Shown here piece by piece: positions 1 through 10,333 of a stretch of 32,000 bases of DNA. The position numbers and the translations under genes are program-made. Under the pieces are notes generated by a model that saw only the letters and a list, made by a program, of their open reading frames with translations, had not been told where the DNA came from and did not search any database. The stretch is from Raphidiopsis brookii D9. GTDB lineage: Bacteria; Cyanobacteriota; Cyanobacteriia; Cyanobacteriales; Nostocaceae. The stretch covers positions 30,001 through 62,000 of the forward strand of contig ACYB01000046.1 of the NCBI GenBank assembly GCA_000175855.1, written 5' to 3'. The first letter of the stretch is position 1; each line of letters opens with the position of its first letter.

Positions 1-484
1 CTGCTTCGGCTTTTTGCAAAGCTTTAGCCACCACTTTCTGCCGTAATTGAGAAATTACCCGCTCCAGTTCCGCATTTAAATCCGCCGCCCCAGCAGCTTG
101 CATCTTCTCAACGTCAGCAGCAGCTTGGACTAAAATTGCTTCCCCAGCTGCTTTGGCACTAGTTTCCGCATCAGCTTTAATTCTGTTAGCTTCCACCTGG
201 GCCTGTGTTAGTTTTTCCTCAGCTACCTTTAACTGCTTTGCAGCATTCGCAGCTCTTTCCTCTGCACTCTTAATTGCTGTTTCGATGTTTTCTCGACGAG
301 TTTTTAGGGTGTTACCCAATACTTTACGTCCAAAAACAAACAGCACAGTAATAATAATGGCAAGGTTAATTAGGTTGGTCTCAAAAATATTAGTATTCAG
401 ACCAATACCGCTATGTTCTGCTCCCTCTGCCAATTCACCCGTGACAGCGGTTGCTTCCGCTATCAATAGTAAAAAAGTCCCCAT
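1..484 (-). CDS. atpF: F0F1 ATP synthase subunit b (AtpF), C-terminal end cut by window edge
   Basis: Absent from the ORF track because it is open at the window edge. My reverse-complement translation from the ATG at 484..482 reads [99 protein letters not shown]... This is one TM helix followed by a long charged Ala/Glu/Lys helix. It lies directly downstream of b', as in cyanobacterial atp1 operons. Confidence 0.85.
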   Translation of the reverse strand, partial: MGTFLLLIAEATAVTGELAEGAEHSGIGLNTNIFETNLINLAIIITVLFVFGRKVLGNTLKTRRENIETAIKSAEERAANAAKQLKVAEEKLTQAQVEANRIKADAETSAKAAGEAILVQAAADVEKMQAAGAADLNAELERVISQLRQKVVAKALQKAEA

Positions 485-596
485 GTTTTTTTATCCACAA
501 CTGCGCAGCCAAATTCAAATTTTCTTGTCGGTGGTCATTCTTCAAGTTGATGATTTATGACACCGTGACATCCCTGTAACTTAGTTTTGACCTAAT

Positions 597-1088
597 TTAG
601 CGTTGGCTTATTAGATCAGCACCTAACAGCTTCTCCAATATTTGGCGACTGAGTGCATCCACCTGTGCTTCTAAAGAAGCTAAAGCTTGTTGTTTTTGCT
701 GCTCAATTTCACTAGCTGCTTTTTCTCTTTGTGCCTGGGCTTCTTGCTGTGCTGCCGCTATCTTCTGAGCTGCTACTTTTTGTGCCTCTGCTTGAGCTTG
801 AGCAATCACTGCCTGTGCTTGTCTTCTTGCACCAGCTAGTTCTTGTTCATACTGAGCCGCCAGTTTTTCTGCCTGGGACAAACGTTGTTGGGCATCCAAT
901 TGATTATTCCGGATGTAGTCATTACGTCCATCAATAGCTTGACCCAATGGTTTATAGAGGGTTGCATTCAATATCAGGGCTAAAACTAGAAACTGAATTG
1001 CCATTAAGGGCAAAGTCGCGTCTAAGTCAAACAAGCCCCCTTCCTTGGCAACCTCTTCTACTGCCAACAAGGTGATCCAATGTGTCAT
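597..1088 (-). CDS. atpF2: F0F1 ATP synthase subunit b' (cyanobacterial atpG / atpF2)
   Basis: 163-aa ORF with an ATG start. It has an N-terminal TM helix ([20 protein letters not shown]) and then a long Ala/Gln/Glu-rich helix. It sits between the c and b subunit genes. Confidence 0.9.
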   Translation of the reverse strand: MTHWITLLAVEEVAKEGGLFDLDATLPLMAIQFLVLALILNATLYKPLGQAIDGRNDYIRNNQLDAQQRLSQAEKLAAQYEQELAGARRQAQAVIAQAQAEAQKVAAQKIAAAQQEAQAQREKAASEIEQQKQQALASLEAQVDALSRQILEKLLGADLISQR

Positions 1089-1138
1089 TGTTGCTTGTTC
1101 CTATGTATGGTTATAGTCCTGAGTTATAACTAGAGGAT

Positions 1139-1185
1139 GAGTTACGAGTTAGTGAGTGATTAATTCAACCCCTAACTCTTAACTC
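1139..1185 (-). promoter_or_regulatory. Intercistronic stem-loop between the c-subunit and b'-subunit genes
   Basis: gagttacgagttag (1139..1152) pairs with ctaactcttaactc (1172..1185) as a 14-bp stem with one mismatch and a 19-nt loop. It lies within TAACTCN/GAGTTAN heptamer-like repeats. Confidence 0.5.
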
Positions 1186-1230
1186 CTAAGTCCCATCTTT
1201 TGTCACTCAGTCCAATAGACTGGTTACTAC

Positions 1231-1488
<258 letters not shown>

Positions 1489-1593
1489 TTACTTTAGAGA
1501 TACGGTTGATTTGGGAATTTGTAGTGTTAGTAGTCAGCTATCATCTATCAGTTATTGGTGATCAGATGCTATTAATTAGTGAAGCTCCCCCGG

Positions 1594-1656
1594 TTGACTT
1601 TTGACTACCTGTTGTCACCTGGCACTTTCACCTCTCACCTGTCACCTCATCACTGA
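1594..1656. repeat. Degenerate tandem heptamer (STRR-like) repeats in the a/c subunit spacer
   Basis: TTGACTT TTGACTA at 1594..1607. TCACCT occurs at 1615, 1628, 1635 and 1642 (three consecutive 7-nt units span 1628..1648), then TCACT at 1650. Confidence 0.6.
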
Positions 1657-1675
1657 CTGTTGTTTCCTGAGGGGT

Positions 1676-2431
1676 CTAATGACTTCCCTCATGCTCTTCG
1701 CCATGATGATCTTCCATCGCTTCACCAATATAAGCAGCAGCGAGGGTGGCAAAAATTAGGGCTTGAATGGCACTTGTGAATAGTCCCAAGGCCATCACTG
1801 GCAATGGCACAAACAGGGGCACTAGTAACACTAGCACGCCAACTACCAGTTCATCAGCTAAAATGTTACCGAATAAACGGAAACTTAGGGAAAGAGGTTT
1901 GGTGAAATCTTCAATAATCTTGAAGGGCAACATAAAGGACACTGGTTGCACATAGTTGCCAAAGTACCCTAAGCCTTTCTTGCTGAATCCAGCATAAAAA
2001 TAAGCTAAAGATGTTAACAGCGCTAAGGCAACTGTTGTATTGATATCGCTGGTAGGAGCGGCCAGTTCACCTTCTGGCAAATGAATTAGTTTAAATGGAA
2101 CTAATGCTCCGGACCAGTTGGAGACGAAAATGAACAAGAACAATGTGCCAACAAAGGGCACCCAGGGGCGATATTCTTTTTCGCCAATCTGGTTTTTTGC
2201 CAAGTCCCGAATGAATTCCAGGGCAAACTCCATTAGGTTTTGAATGCCTCTAGGAATGCGTTTCACATTACTGCTTGCCAGGATGGAAGCTAGTGTTAAT
2301 ACGCCGATTACAAACCAGGATGTGAGAAACACCTGTCCATGGAGCTTTAAGTTGCCTATTTGCCAGTACAGATGCTTACCCACCTCCAATTCTGCTAAGG
2401 GAAAGGAGTAGAAGTTCAGAAAATTGAGCAT
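1676..2431 (-). CDS. atpB: F0F1 ATP synthase subunit a (cyanobacterial atpI)
   Basis: 251-aa polytopic membrane ORF. It contains the subunit-a signature [13 protein letters not shown] with the essential Arg. It is followed by the c subunit gene. Confidence 0.95.
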   Translation of the reverse strand: MLNFLNFYSFPLAELEVGKHLYWQIGNLKLHGQVFLTSWFVIGVLTLASILASSNVKRIPRGIQNLMEFALEFIRDLAKNQIGEKEYRPWVPFVGTLFLFIFVSNWSGALVPFKLIHLPEGELAAPTSDINTTVALALLTSLAYFYAGFSKKGLGYFGNYVQPVSFMLPFKIIEDFTKPLSLSFRLFGNILADELVVGVLVLLVPLFVPLPVMALGLFTSAIQALIFATLAAAYIGEAMEDHHGEEHEGSH

Positions 2432-2507
2432 TTTCTTTCTAATGGGGTCGCTTCTTTCATCTTACTGGAGAAGCGGAGCTTTTTAAGGTTGCCGCAGCTT
2501 TGTAGAG

Positions 2508-2924
2508 TCACAAGACAAAAGCCATCCTGATTACATAGATGATGAGCGTGGCTTTATAGGTCAGAAATCCCAAGAATATGGGCATGATTTGCAGTTGATT
2601 CCACCGTGATGCTAACAAAATCAGCACGACTAATAAGGCTAATCGGGTTTTACTCAGCTGTTGTTTCTCTGTGCCTAAACGCTCTACATCTCTGGCCAAC
2701 ATCCTTAGGTAAAGCAATCCCGCACATGCCCCTAATAAATAGTTTAAGGCCATGTTTACGGAATAAGCAATCCAAACGGCCGTGAAAATTACTGCTGTTA
2801 GGACAAGGGTAATGACCAACAGCTCTTGATAGAGTTGGTAAAACTCTTTCATGGCAGAGTTTTTTTGTTCCTCTGGTTTGAGAATCAGGTTGGTCATCGT
2901 TTTTTGTTGTCGGAGTGGATACAT
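2508..2924 (-). CDS. atp1: ATP synthase protein I (gene 1 of the atp1 operon)
   Basis: 138-aa hydrophobic ORF immediately upstream of subunit a on the same strand, which is the conserved position of atp1. The start is uncertain because a second Met occurs at codon 10. Confidence 0.6.
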   Translation of the reverse strand: MYPLRQQKTMTNLILKPEEQKNSAMKEFYQLYQELLVITLVLTAVIFTAVWIAYSVNMALNYLLGACAGLLYLRMLARDVERLGTEKQQLSKTRLALLVVLILLASRWNQLQIMPIFLGFLTYKATLIIYVIRMAFVL

Positions 2925-3155
2925 TTTGTTCTTGATGACAAGCTCACGGAACTTGAAACCAGTTCAACTAAATAGGGTGACTGCATATTCAGTCAGCTGA
3001 ATCATACCACGTTAGTGGTAACAATACTTTAGAAAAAACAATTAACTTAATTTTTTTGGCAATTTTTGGCCGGACGTTGGGAAAGTTGGCAAAGATTATT
3101 CTTGTTTCGCTTACCTTTATCTCCCTCGCCTTTAACAATGCGATCGCATTTCCAA

Positions 3156-4337
3156 CTATAGGTTGGGACTGAGTATCAACAATTGCTGCTCTATCAATTT
3201 CCTGGCTCCAGCTAAATCCACTTGACTTTCCACGAGAATTTGTGATATGGTGTGGGAACCATTGCATTTTTTCATGAACTCTATCTCCCCAGGAGATAGA
3301 TTAATGATTTGGTAGTCGTAATTAAATACACATGGACTGGGAAATCCATCTAGACAGGGGTTTAATTCTGGTATAGCTGCTAATAGGGCTTGGTCATCTT
3401 GCCAATGGCTTTTTTCTAAGGGAGGAGAACTCAGAAAAAACTCGTAGTGGGCAACTTCGGGGTCCAATAGTTCTATAAGGCGATATTTTTCTCTGGGAGA
3501 TAATTCCTGGGATCTTGCCATTAGTTGTGGCCTTTTCCCCAATAATCTCTCCAGGTTCCAAAAGCCCGGATTGGAAAATCCTACAAACTCTAACCCAGAA
3601 GCATCTATGAGCTGGAACAAAGAATCAATATTATAATCTATTTCCTGGGGATGGACGTACATGTCAGCAAAACATTCGTCCTTTTGATTTTCCCAGGACC
3701 ATCTGGCTTTCTCTCTATTGACAATTCTATTGTTTTCTGGTAAAGCGGCAAATATTTCTCTGCCCACTTGTACTCCGTCTTCATAGTTGCCACGTTTACT
3801 TCCTTGAAGAATTGCGATCGCCTTTTGCATAAGTTGTATTTCCCATCTGCCCAGCTCACCATAAACAAAGATGTGCATAATTCCTCCCGGTGCCAGTTTA
3901 CCTGCGAGGGACTGAATACCAGCGATGGGGTCAGGTAAATGATGGAGTACACCAACAGAATTAATCAAATCAAACTTTCCCGGTATTTGGTCCAGATCAT
4001 AAATACTCAGGTGGTGAAATTCCACCCGGTTAGCACCGGAACTTTGACAGCGTTTTCTAGCAACTTCTAGCGTACCTGGACTGATATCTATTCCTACTAC
4101 ATGTGAGTAGGGATTCAAATGTACTAAATATTCCGTGCTAACTCCCGATCCACAACCAGCATCTAAAATCCGGATATCTTGTTTTGAGGGTTTTCTCCCG
4201 GTACAGAAGTTGTAAGCAGCTAACCAATTCCAGCGCCAATTGTATCCTGGTGGTGGTTGGTCTAAAATTGGTTCAGGGGGGAACGGGTAAGTGTCATAAA
4301 GTTTGGCTACAGCAGCAGTGATTTGGGTATCAGACAT
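3156..4337 (-). CDS. Class I SAM-dependent methyltransferase, substrate unknown
   Basis: 393-aa ORF with SAM-binding motif I (ILDAGCGSGVSTEYL) and the post-I/II pattern (VVGIDISP ... DLINSVGVLHHL). A C-terminal extension of about 180 aa has no motif I recognise. Confidence 0.8.
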   Translation of the reverse strand: MSDTQITAAVAKLYDTYPFPPEPILDQPPPGYNWRWNWLAAYNFCTGRKPSKQDIRILDAGCGSGVSTEYLVHLNPYSHVVGIDISPGTLEVARKRCQSSGANRVEFHHLSIYDLDQIPGKFDLINSVGVLHHLPDPIAGIQSLAGKLAPGGIMHIFVYGELGRWEIQLMQKAIAILQGSKRGNYEDGVQVGREIFAALPENNRIVNREKARWSWENQKDECFADMYVHPQEIDYNIDSLFQLIDASGLEFVGFSNPGFWNLERLLGKRPQLMARSQELSPREKYRLIELLDPEVAHYEFFLSSPPLEKSHWQDDQALLAAIPELNPCLDGFPSPCVFNYDYQIINLSPGEIEFMKKCNGSHTISQILVESQVDLAGARKLIEQQLLILSPNL

Positions 4338-4342
4338 TGTTT

Positions 4343-4368
4343 AGATATTAACGCAAGATATTAACGCA
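4343..4368. repeat. Perfect 13-bp tandem duplication AGATATTAACGCA x2 in the menF/methyltransferase spacer
   Basis: Read directly: 4343..4355 and 4356..4368 are identical. The repeat ends 5 nt from the methyltransferase ATG (4337, minus strand). A third copy of GATATTAACGCA is at 18405..18416. Confidence 0.8.
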
Positions 4369-4403
4369 GCTGGTCCTAGTTTAGCAGAAAGTTCTCCTCC
4401 CCA

Positions 4404-5819
4404 CTACACCAAAGCTTTAAGTAAGGCTTGTAATTTAAGCTGCACTTCAGCAAATTCTCGTTCAGGGTCAGAACCTGCGACAATACCAGCACCAGCATAT
4501 AATCTGGCACAATTATTGTTAATGAGAGCGGAACGAATACCCACAATAAACTCGCAATTTCCCCTACTATCTAACCATCCTAGGGGTGCAGCATATAGAC
4601 CGCGATCAAATTTCTCGTAGTGCCTAATTTCCGCACAGGCAATTTCTCTAGTTGCTCCTGCTACAGCAGGTGTGGGATGTAATTGGGCAACAATTTTTAT
4701 GGGGTGAACGTTATTGGGGACCACAGCAGTAATTGGTGTCCATAGGTGTTGAATATTTGCCAGTTGTCGTAGTCGTGGAGTTAGGGGTTGGGGAAATAAC
4801 CCCAGTTGTGATAGTCTGTGACTGATAAAATCAATTACCAGGTTATGTTCGTGTTTTTCTTTGCTACTGTTGACTAATCTATGGGCATTAACTGCATCTT
4901 CCTTAGGTGTTTTGCCCCTGGGAGCTGAACCAGCTAGTGCATCGGTGATGAGCTGGTGGTCTTGAATGCTAATTAGTCGTTCTGGACTGGCGCCCAGGAA
5001 GTTTTGTCCTCGACCATTACTAATACAAAATACATAACAGTTAGGATGTAAGTTCCTTAAATTATTTAGGGATTTTAATAGATTAAACGAACTATATGAA
5101 TATACATCTAATGTGTCCGCCAAAACAATTTTTCTTAACTGTTTAGCTTCTATTTTTTGGAGAGCTGATAAAACTGAGTTTTTAAAAACGTCCGGGTTGT
5201 TTATCTGGCTTGTTTGGGAACCTTTGCAGGTAGTCACAGCTATGGGGAGACCATTAGTTAAAGATTGTAAGGTCCTGATTTTATTTTGGATATCTTGGAG
5301 TATGTGGTTAACATCAACATCAGCATCAACTACCTTGTTGATTACTAGAGTACAAGAGGAATTTTTTACAGCTACTTGTAATTTGGGTAGAAAAATTGTC
5401 GCTGCTGCAAAGGGATAATTCGAATTTTGGTGCTGTTCAAAAAAACTAAAACTGCAAAAAAAGTGACTACCCGTGAATGGTTCATTAAGATTACCGAAAT
5501 TAATGATATTTTTTAGACAATCTTTGATAAAGTCTTCCGTTTTGTTAAATCTGTTTTGACCATTAATATCTAATTTCTTTATGGCATCAATAGCTACAAT
5601 GGCTTCCCCTTTACTTTTATTTTCAAAATAAAAGCTCAATGTGTTCCTTTGTCCTAACTTATCTAATACAAATAGGGGATCTATAAAATCAATTGCCAGG
5701 GAGATGCTAACAATTTGCTGGTGATGATGTTCATAGCATCTTTGTTGCACTGCTAACAGTAGTTGATGCAAATCTTTATAATCTGTGAGGAATCTTGGAA
5801 GACATGGTGAAATTGTCAT
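4404..5819 (-). CDS. menF: Isochorismate synthase (phylloquinone pathway)
   Basis: 471-aa ORF with chorismate-utilising core motifs (GASPERL, LHPTPAVAG, DRGLYAAPLGW, AGAGIVAGSDPEREFAE). It is divergent from menA-menC-menE. Confidence 0.88.
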   Translation of the reverse strand: MTISPCLPRFLTDYKDLHQLLLAVQQRCYEHHHQQIVSISLAIDFIDPLFVLDKLGQRNTLSFYFENKSKGEAIVAIDAIKKLDINGQNRFNKTEDFIKDCLKNIINFGNLNEPFTGSHFFCSFSFFEQHQNSNYPFAAATIFLPKLQVAVKNSSCTLVINKVVDADVDVNHILQDIQNKIRTLQSLTNGLPIAVTTCKGSQTSQINNPDVFKNSVLSALQKIEAKQLRKIVLADTLDVYSYSSFNLLKSLNNLRNLHPNCYVFCISNGRGQNFLGASPERLISIQDHQLITDALAGSAPRGKTPKEDAVNAHRLVNSSKEKHEHNLVIDFISHRLSQLGLFPQPLTPRLRQLANIQHLWTPITAVVPNNVHPIKIVAQLHPTPAVAGATREIACAEIRHYEKFDRGLYAAPLGWLDSRGNCEFIVGIRSALINNNCARLYAGAGIVAGSDPEREFAEVQLKLQALLKALV

Positions 5820-6019
5820 GGATGTGTCTGTTTAATTTTTTTTAAGTTTTATTGATCAAGTGTAACAAATGGATTGTAATATTTTAGTTCTATTACTAAT
5901 TATATTGCAGGTTTTATTAGTTCAAATTAGCATCTTCTGGGAACTTGGACTATAAGAACTATAAAATTTCAGTATAGGATCCGGTGGTAAATTTATTAGA
6001 TTGTAGTTGATGAGGAATA

Positions 6020-6913
6020 ATGACCACAAGACAAACACCCAATCGTAAGTTATGGATGGCTGCTATTAAACCACCAATGTACAGTGTTGCTATTATGCCT
6101 ATATGGGTGGGATCTTGTGTCGCTTTTGCGCAAACTCAAATTTTTCATGGTGTGCCATTTACGATTTTTGCAACTGCGGCAATTTTGATTCTAGCGTGGG
6201 AGAATATCACTAATGATGTTTTTGATGCGGAAACTGGTATTGATGAAAATAAACATCACTCATTAGTAACTTTAACAGGTAATAAGCAATTAATGTTTTG
6301 GTTGGGTAATTTGTGCCTAGTTTTAGGTTTGTCAGGAATAATTGCGATCGCCTGGTTACAAAGAGATCCAACTGTAGTTGGACTGATTCTATTATGTTGT
6401 AGTTTGGGTTATGTGTACCAGGGACCTCCCTTTAGATTAGGGTATAAGGGTTGGGGAGAAGTTTTGTGTTTCTTTGCGTTTGGACCTGTGGGGATGACAG
6501 CAGCATACTACAGTCAAACCCAAAATTGGTCACCTACTAATTTAGCTGCTTCGGTTATTGTGGGTATTGTAACTAGTTTAGTATTATTTTGTTCTCATTT
6601 TCATCAAGTAAAAGATGACATTGCTGCGGGAAAGCGGTCACCCATTGCGAGGTTAGGAACACAAAGGGGTGCGGAAGTTTTGGTATGGTTTACCGCTAGT
6701 ATTTATGTGATATGTCTATTATTGGTAGTGTTAGGGATTTTTCCCTTTTGGACTCTACTAAGTTGGTTGAGTTTACCTTTTGGGGTAAAATTATGTGGTC
6801 ACGTGTGGAAAAACCATCATCTTCCGGAAAAGGTGAGTAATTGTAAGTTCATTGCCATTGGGGTACATTTTTGGAGTTGTTTGTTATTAGGGATAGGGTT
6901 TATTTTGGGTTAG
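6020..6913 (+). CDS. menA: 1,4-dihydroxy-2-naphthoate phytyl/prenyltransferase (UbiA family)
   Basis: 297-aa polytopic ORF with the UbiA Asp-rich motif NDVFDAETGID. GAGGA lies 5 nt before the ATG. It is followed by menC and menE. Confidence 0.88.
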   Translation: MTTRQTPNRKLWMAAIKPPMYSVAIMPIWVGSCVAFAQTQIFHGVPFTIFATAAILILAWENITNDVFDAETGIDENKHHSLVTLTGNKQLMFWLGNLCLVLGLSGIIAIAWLQRDPTVVGLILLCCSLGYVYQGPPFRLGYKGWGEVLCFFAFGPVGMTAAYYSQTQNWSPTNLAASVIVGIVTSLVLFCSHFHQVKDDIAAGKRSPIARLGTQRGAEVLVWFTASIYVICLLLVVLGIFPFWTLLSWLSLPFGVKLCGHVWKNHHLPEKVSNCKFIAIGVHFWSCLLLGIGFILG

Positions 6914-6917
6914 AAAA

Positions 6918-7943
6918 ATGGAGTACCAATTTTCTTTTCGTCAGTTTAGTCAGAAATTTAACCATGCTGTGATTACCAATCATGGTGTTTGGGATATGCG
7001 AGAGGGCATAATAATTAGACTGGTTGATCGAACTGGGAAAGTAGGTTGGGGGGAAATTTCTCCTATTGCTTGGTTTGGTTCAGAAACCTTAGAACAAGCT
7101 AGGGAGTTTTGTAGTCAACTACCAGAGATAATTACTCCGGAGATGATTTTGGATATTCCAGCGCACTTACCAGCTTGTCAATTTGCTTTTGAATCTGCCA
7201 GAGAAAATTTTTCCAATTCAATGCCTGTTTTTAAAAATCAACATTTAGGAGATGAAAGCCTAATTGAAAGACTAATAAGTAAAAAAATGAAATATAGTGC
7301 TTTATTACCCAGAGGAGAAGCTGCTGTTCAGGGATGGAAAAATTTGTGGCAAAAGGGTTATGAGACATTCAAAATAAAAATAGCAGTGGATGACATAACC
7401 CAGGAATTAGAAATTTTGCACTTACTGGTTGGTCAACTACCGGAATCCGCCAAAATTCGGTTAGATGCTAATGGAGGACTCAATTATCAACAAGCTAAAT
7501 TATGGTTAGAAGTTTGTGATCAATTTTCCCAAAAAATTGAATTTATCGAGCAACCGTTAGGGATAAATAGGTTGGAAGAAATGCTAGAATTGAGCCAGGC
7601 ATATTTAACAAAAATCGCTTTAGATGAGTCCGTTGCCACCTGGCAAAAGTTAGAAAGTTGTTATCAAATCGGGTGGCGAGGAGTTTTTGTGATCAAACCA
7701 GCTATTTTAGGTTCACCATCTCGGTTGAGAGGATTCTGCCAAAATCACACCATTGATCTGGTATTTTCTTCTGTATTTGAAACTCCTATTGGTAGAGAAG
7801 CTGCGCTCAAGTTAGCTGGGGAAATATCTCATGGGATATCTAACCTATCTGGTAATTGGCGTTCTCTGGGTTTTGGTATTGATCATTATTTTGCACTAGA
7901 ATCTACAAATTGGCCAGAAATTTTATGGAATCCTATTTATTAA
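6918..7943 (+). CDS. menC: o-Succinylbenzoate synthase (enolase superfamily)
   Basis: 341-aa ORF with a pattern of enolase-superfamily (MR/MLE-type) catalytic residues: FKIKI, RLDANGG, IEQP, LDES, VIKP. It sits 4 nt after menA. Confidence 0.88.
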   Translation: MEYQFSFRQFSQKFNHAVITNHGVWDMREGIIIRLVDRTGKVGWGEISPIAWFGSETLEQAREFCSQLPEIITPEMILDIPAHLPACQFAFESARENFSNSMPVFKNQHLGDESLIERLISKKMKYSALLPRGEAAVQGWKNLWQKGYETFKIKIAVDDITQELEILHLLVGQLPESAKIRLDANGGLNYQQAKLWLEVCDQFSQKIEFIEQPLGINRLEEMLELSQAYLTKIALDESVATWQKLESCYQIGWRGVFVIKPAILGSPSRLRGFCQNHTIDLVFSSVFETPIGREAALKLAGEISHGISNLSGNWRSLGFGIDHYFALESTNWPEILWNPIY

Positions 7944-9403
7944 AAAGTTTATTAAATCTAGAAGATAAAAACATCTCTAGGGAAAATTGGTTAATAGTTG
8001 AAAATGGTGAAGAATTTGAAACCCTTGTTGAGGAATTATATGGTGAAATACGTCACCAATTAGATAGGCAAATTGACCACAACCATGAACCGATATATAA
8101 ACCGCTAAAAATAATTCTAGCCCAGCGAGATCCGGTAAAATTTTTGGCGGGATTTATTGCTGGATGTGCAGCTGAATGTGCAGTTTTTTTGTGTAATCCC
8201 GACTGGGAAAAAAATGAATGGGAACAAGTTTGGGATTTAGTAAATCCAGATATGATTTGGGGTGATGAGATAAAATTTCCTGATTTTACCACCACTAATA
8301 CTAATATTACTTCGGAAAAACCGATAATTAGTGGTATTATGATTCCTACTGGTGGTTCATCGGGAAAGATTAAATTTGCCATTCATACCTGGGAAACTCT
8401 CACCGCGTCAGTGCGGGGATTTACAGAATATTTTAATTTAAGTTCGGTGAATTCTTTCTGTGTTTTACCATTATATCATGTGAGTGGTTTGATGCAGTTT
8501 ATGAGAAGTTTTACCACCGGTGGAAAATTAGTTATTACTTCATTTAAACAGCTTACATCTGAATCTAGCCAAAAATCAGATATTTACAAGATAAAAAACT
8601 CAGACTTTTTTATATCTCTAGTGCCAACTCAATTACAAAGACTATTAGAGAATCAAAAATTAACCCAATGGCTATCGGAGTTTAAAACTGTATTATTAGG
8701 AGGTGGACCATCATGGAACGATTTATTAACCAAAGCCAGAGCAAATGACATTAGGTTAGCTCCCACATACGGTATGACCGAAACAGCTTCCCAAATAGCT
8801 ACCTTAAAACCAGATGAGTTTTTAAAAATACCACTGGATGAGTTTTTAAAAACTAAAAATAGTGGTCGGACTCTCCCCCACGCAGAAATTGTGATGGAGC
8901 ATCTTCTGGAAAATGAACATTATGGGGAAAATCATCTGGGAGTTATTAGAATTAAAGCTAAATCTTTGGCTTTGGGCTACTATCCCACAATTTGGCAGGA
9001 TGATCAGGGTTTTTTAACCGATGATATGGGATTTTTAGACCAGAATGGTTATTTACATATTGTGGGACGTAGGAGCAATAAAATTATTTCCGGTGGTGAG
9101 AATATTTATCCTTCAGAGGTGGAAGCAGCAATCCGAGCAACTACTTTGATTATGGATGTGTGTGTAATTGGCATACCAGATCACAATTGGGGCGAAGCAG
9201 TAACAGCTATTTATGTTCCCCAATCTCCCCCCACTCCCATCCTAGAAATCAAAAACCAACTCCAGCAAACATTAACCAGGTTTAAAATTCCTAAATATTG
9301 GATTCCCGTGGTTAGCTTACCTCGTAATCAACAGGGAAAAATCAATATTTCACAACTTCAACAGATCATCCTGGAATCTCTCGATCAAGAAGAGATCGTA
9401 TAG
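7925..9403 (+). CDS. menE: o-Succinylbenzoate-CoA ligase (adenylate-forming)
   Basis: AMP-binding motifs IPTGGSSGKIKF, TYGMTET and GYLHIVGRRSNKIISGGENI. The track ORF begins at 7910 with TTG. The first ATG is at 7925 and overlaps the menC end by 19 nt. Confidence 0.88.
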   Translation: MESYLLKSLLNLEDKNISRENWLIVENGEEFETLVEELYGEIRHQLDRQIDHNHEPIYKPLKIILAQRDPVKFLAGFIAGCAAECAVFLCNPDWEKNEWEQVWDLVNPDMIWGDEIKFPDFTTTNTNITSEKPIISGIMIPTGGSSGKIKFAIHTWETLTASVRGFTEYFNLSSVNSFCVLPLYHVSGLMQFMRSFTTGGKLVITSFKQLTSESSQKSDIYKIKNSDFFISLVPTQLQRLLENQKLTQWLSEFKTVLLGGGPSWNDLLTKARANDIRLAPTYGMTETASQIATLKPDEFLKIPLDEFLKTKNSGRTLPHAEIVMEHLLENEHYGENHLGVIRIKAKSLALGYYPTIWQDDQGFLTDDMGFLDQNGYLHIVGRRSNKIISGGENIYPSEVEAAIRATTLIMDVCVIGIPDHNWGEAVTAIYVPQSPPTPILEIKNQLQQTLTRFKIPKYWIPVVSLPRNQQGKINISQLQQIILESLDQEEIV

Positions 9404-9406
9404 TAA

Positions 9407-9856
9407 TTATATAATCTCTTCCCTGGATTTTTTTCTCTCGATATCCTCTACGTCTCTACGGTTAGTTTCTAACCAGGAAATTATCTCACCTGACATTTGT
9501 CTCTTAGTCCCCGTAGCTACATCAATACACACATGTCTGGTAATTGCTTTGGCTACAATCACGTTACTGACATTAATTTCATAGTTAATGTCAAATTTGT
9601 CTCCGGTGATTTTTTTGGGAATCAAGTTAATTATTAATTTGTCCCCACAATAAATTGGTCGTAAATAATCTGCGCTTGCATGTACAATAGGATAAGCTAT
9701 TGATGGATGGGTAAAGAAATTCCTCATGTTGATATTAACATGTATTAAGGAGTCTTCATAGGCTTCGTGACATATATTTAAAATATTGGCGAAGTAAACT
9801 ACTCCCGCTGCATCAGTATCCGCAAATCTTATGGTTCTTTGATAAGTGAAAATCAT
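9407..9856 (-). CDS. 1,4-dihydroxy-2-naphthoyl-CoA thioesterase (4HBT hotdog fold)
   Basis: N-terminus [26 protein letters not shown] is typical of hotdog thioesterases with a catalytic Asp. It is convergent with menE, 3 nt away. The track ORF starts at 9904 with TTG, so I call the ATG at 9856. Confidence 0.8.
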   Translation of the reverse strand: MIFTYQRTIRFADTDAAGVVYFANILNICHEAYEDSLIHVNINMRNFFTHPSIAYPIVHASADYLRPIYCGDKLIINLIPKKITGDKFDINYEINVSNVIVAKAITRHVCIDVATGTKRQMSGEIISWLETNRRDVEDIERKKSREEII

Positions 9857-9919
9857 TGTTGATAGGGTTGATATGTAGATATATAGTTGACAATAAAGGG
9901 GCAAACTCCTGGGTTTTGG

Positions 9920-10333
9920 TTAGGGAATATAAATATCCTGGGAGCTGGGATTGAGGTAAGGATAATGTAAATCAATTAGCTCAGATGCAAAATGTTGCTG
10001 AATAATCTGTATTCGCTCTTCTATGGCATTTTTACCTTTTTGCCAAGCTTCTAACAGAGCATTGGCAATTATTTGACAACGGTTCATACCAAAACTCTCT
10101 TCTGGAGAGAATTTTTGGTTTGGTTCTTCAGCTAAACTCAACCCAGGCGCCAAGTATTTGGTAAATAGGGGAATTTGGGGCTGAAAATAAATTTCGGTCT
10201 CTAGGTAAGTTGGCTCTAGAATTTTATGGATAGCTCGATAGTCTTCACAGTTAAACTGCAATGTGGCTGTGTCATACCTTCTATAAGAAATAGGATTATA
10301 TAATACTTCAAAACTAAAAGGGAATGCTGGCAT
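9920..10333 (-). CDS. Hypothetical protein, either the third gene of the kinase/HopA1-like operon or the frameshifted C-terminal part of the upstream gene
   Basis: 137-aa ORF with an ATG at 10333 that overlaps the upstream stop by 20 nt. I recognise no motif. See the finding on the A4/T4 junction. Confidence 0.55.
   Translation of the reverse strand: MPAFPFSFEVLYNPISYRRYDTATLQFNCEDYRAIHKILEPTYLETEIYFQPQIPLFTKYLAPGLSLAEEPNQKFSPEESFGMNRCQIIANALLEAWQKGKNAIEERIQIIQQHFASELIDLHYPYLNPSSQDIYIP

Noticed and set aside
153-560. 135-aa plus-strand ORF
   Set aside because: It lies antisense to the atpF coding sequence, which translates convincingly on the minus strand. Its low-complexity Ala/Ser/Leu composition is the mirror of an Ala/Glu/Lys-rich gene.
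731-937. 68-aa plus-strand ORF inside atpF2 (b'), and likewise 1767..1955 inside the subunit a gene
   Set aside because: These are antisense shadows of well-supported genes and have no motifs.
2989-3267. 92-aa minus-strand ORF spanning the methyltransferase 3' end and the atp upstream spacer
   Set aside because: It overlaps the 3' end of the 393-aa methyltransferase in another frame and runs through AT-rich promoter DNA. It has no motif or RBS.
3638-3955. Nested or antisense ORFs within larger genes (3638..3955, 5113..5418, 8053..8382, 12816..13004, 13434..13649, 13836..14081, 19181..19372, 19542..19763, 19742..19939, 22475..22714, 23735..23953, 28226..28465, 29878..30063)
   Set aside because: Each lies wholly inside a longer ORF that has clear family motifs. 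They are short and compositionally odd, so I treat them as frame shadows.
5858-5880. Possible NtcA-type site (GTA-N8-TAC) in the menF/menA divergent spacer; also checked near 28003 and 31137
   Set aside because: The sequences read GTA-N8-ATT and GTA-N16-TAC, which do not fit the consensus spacing.
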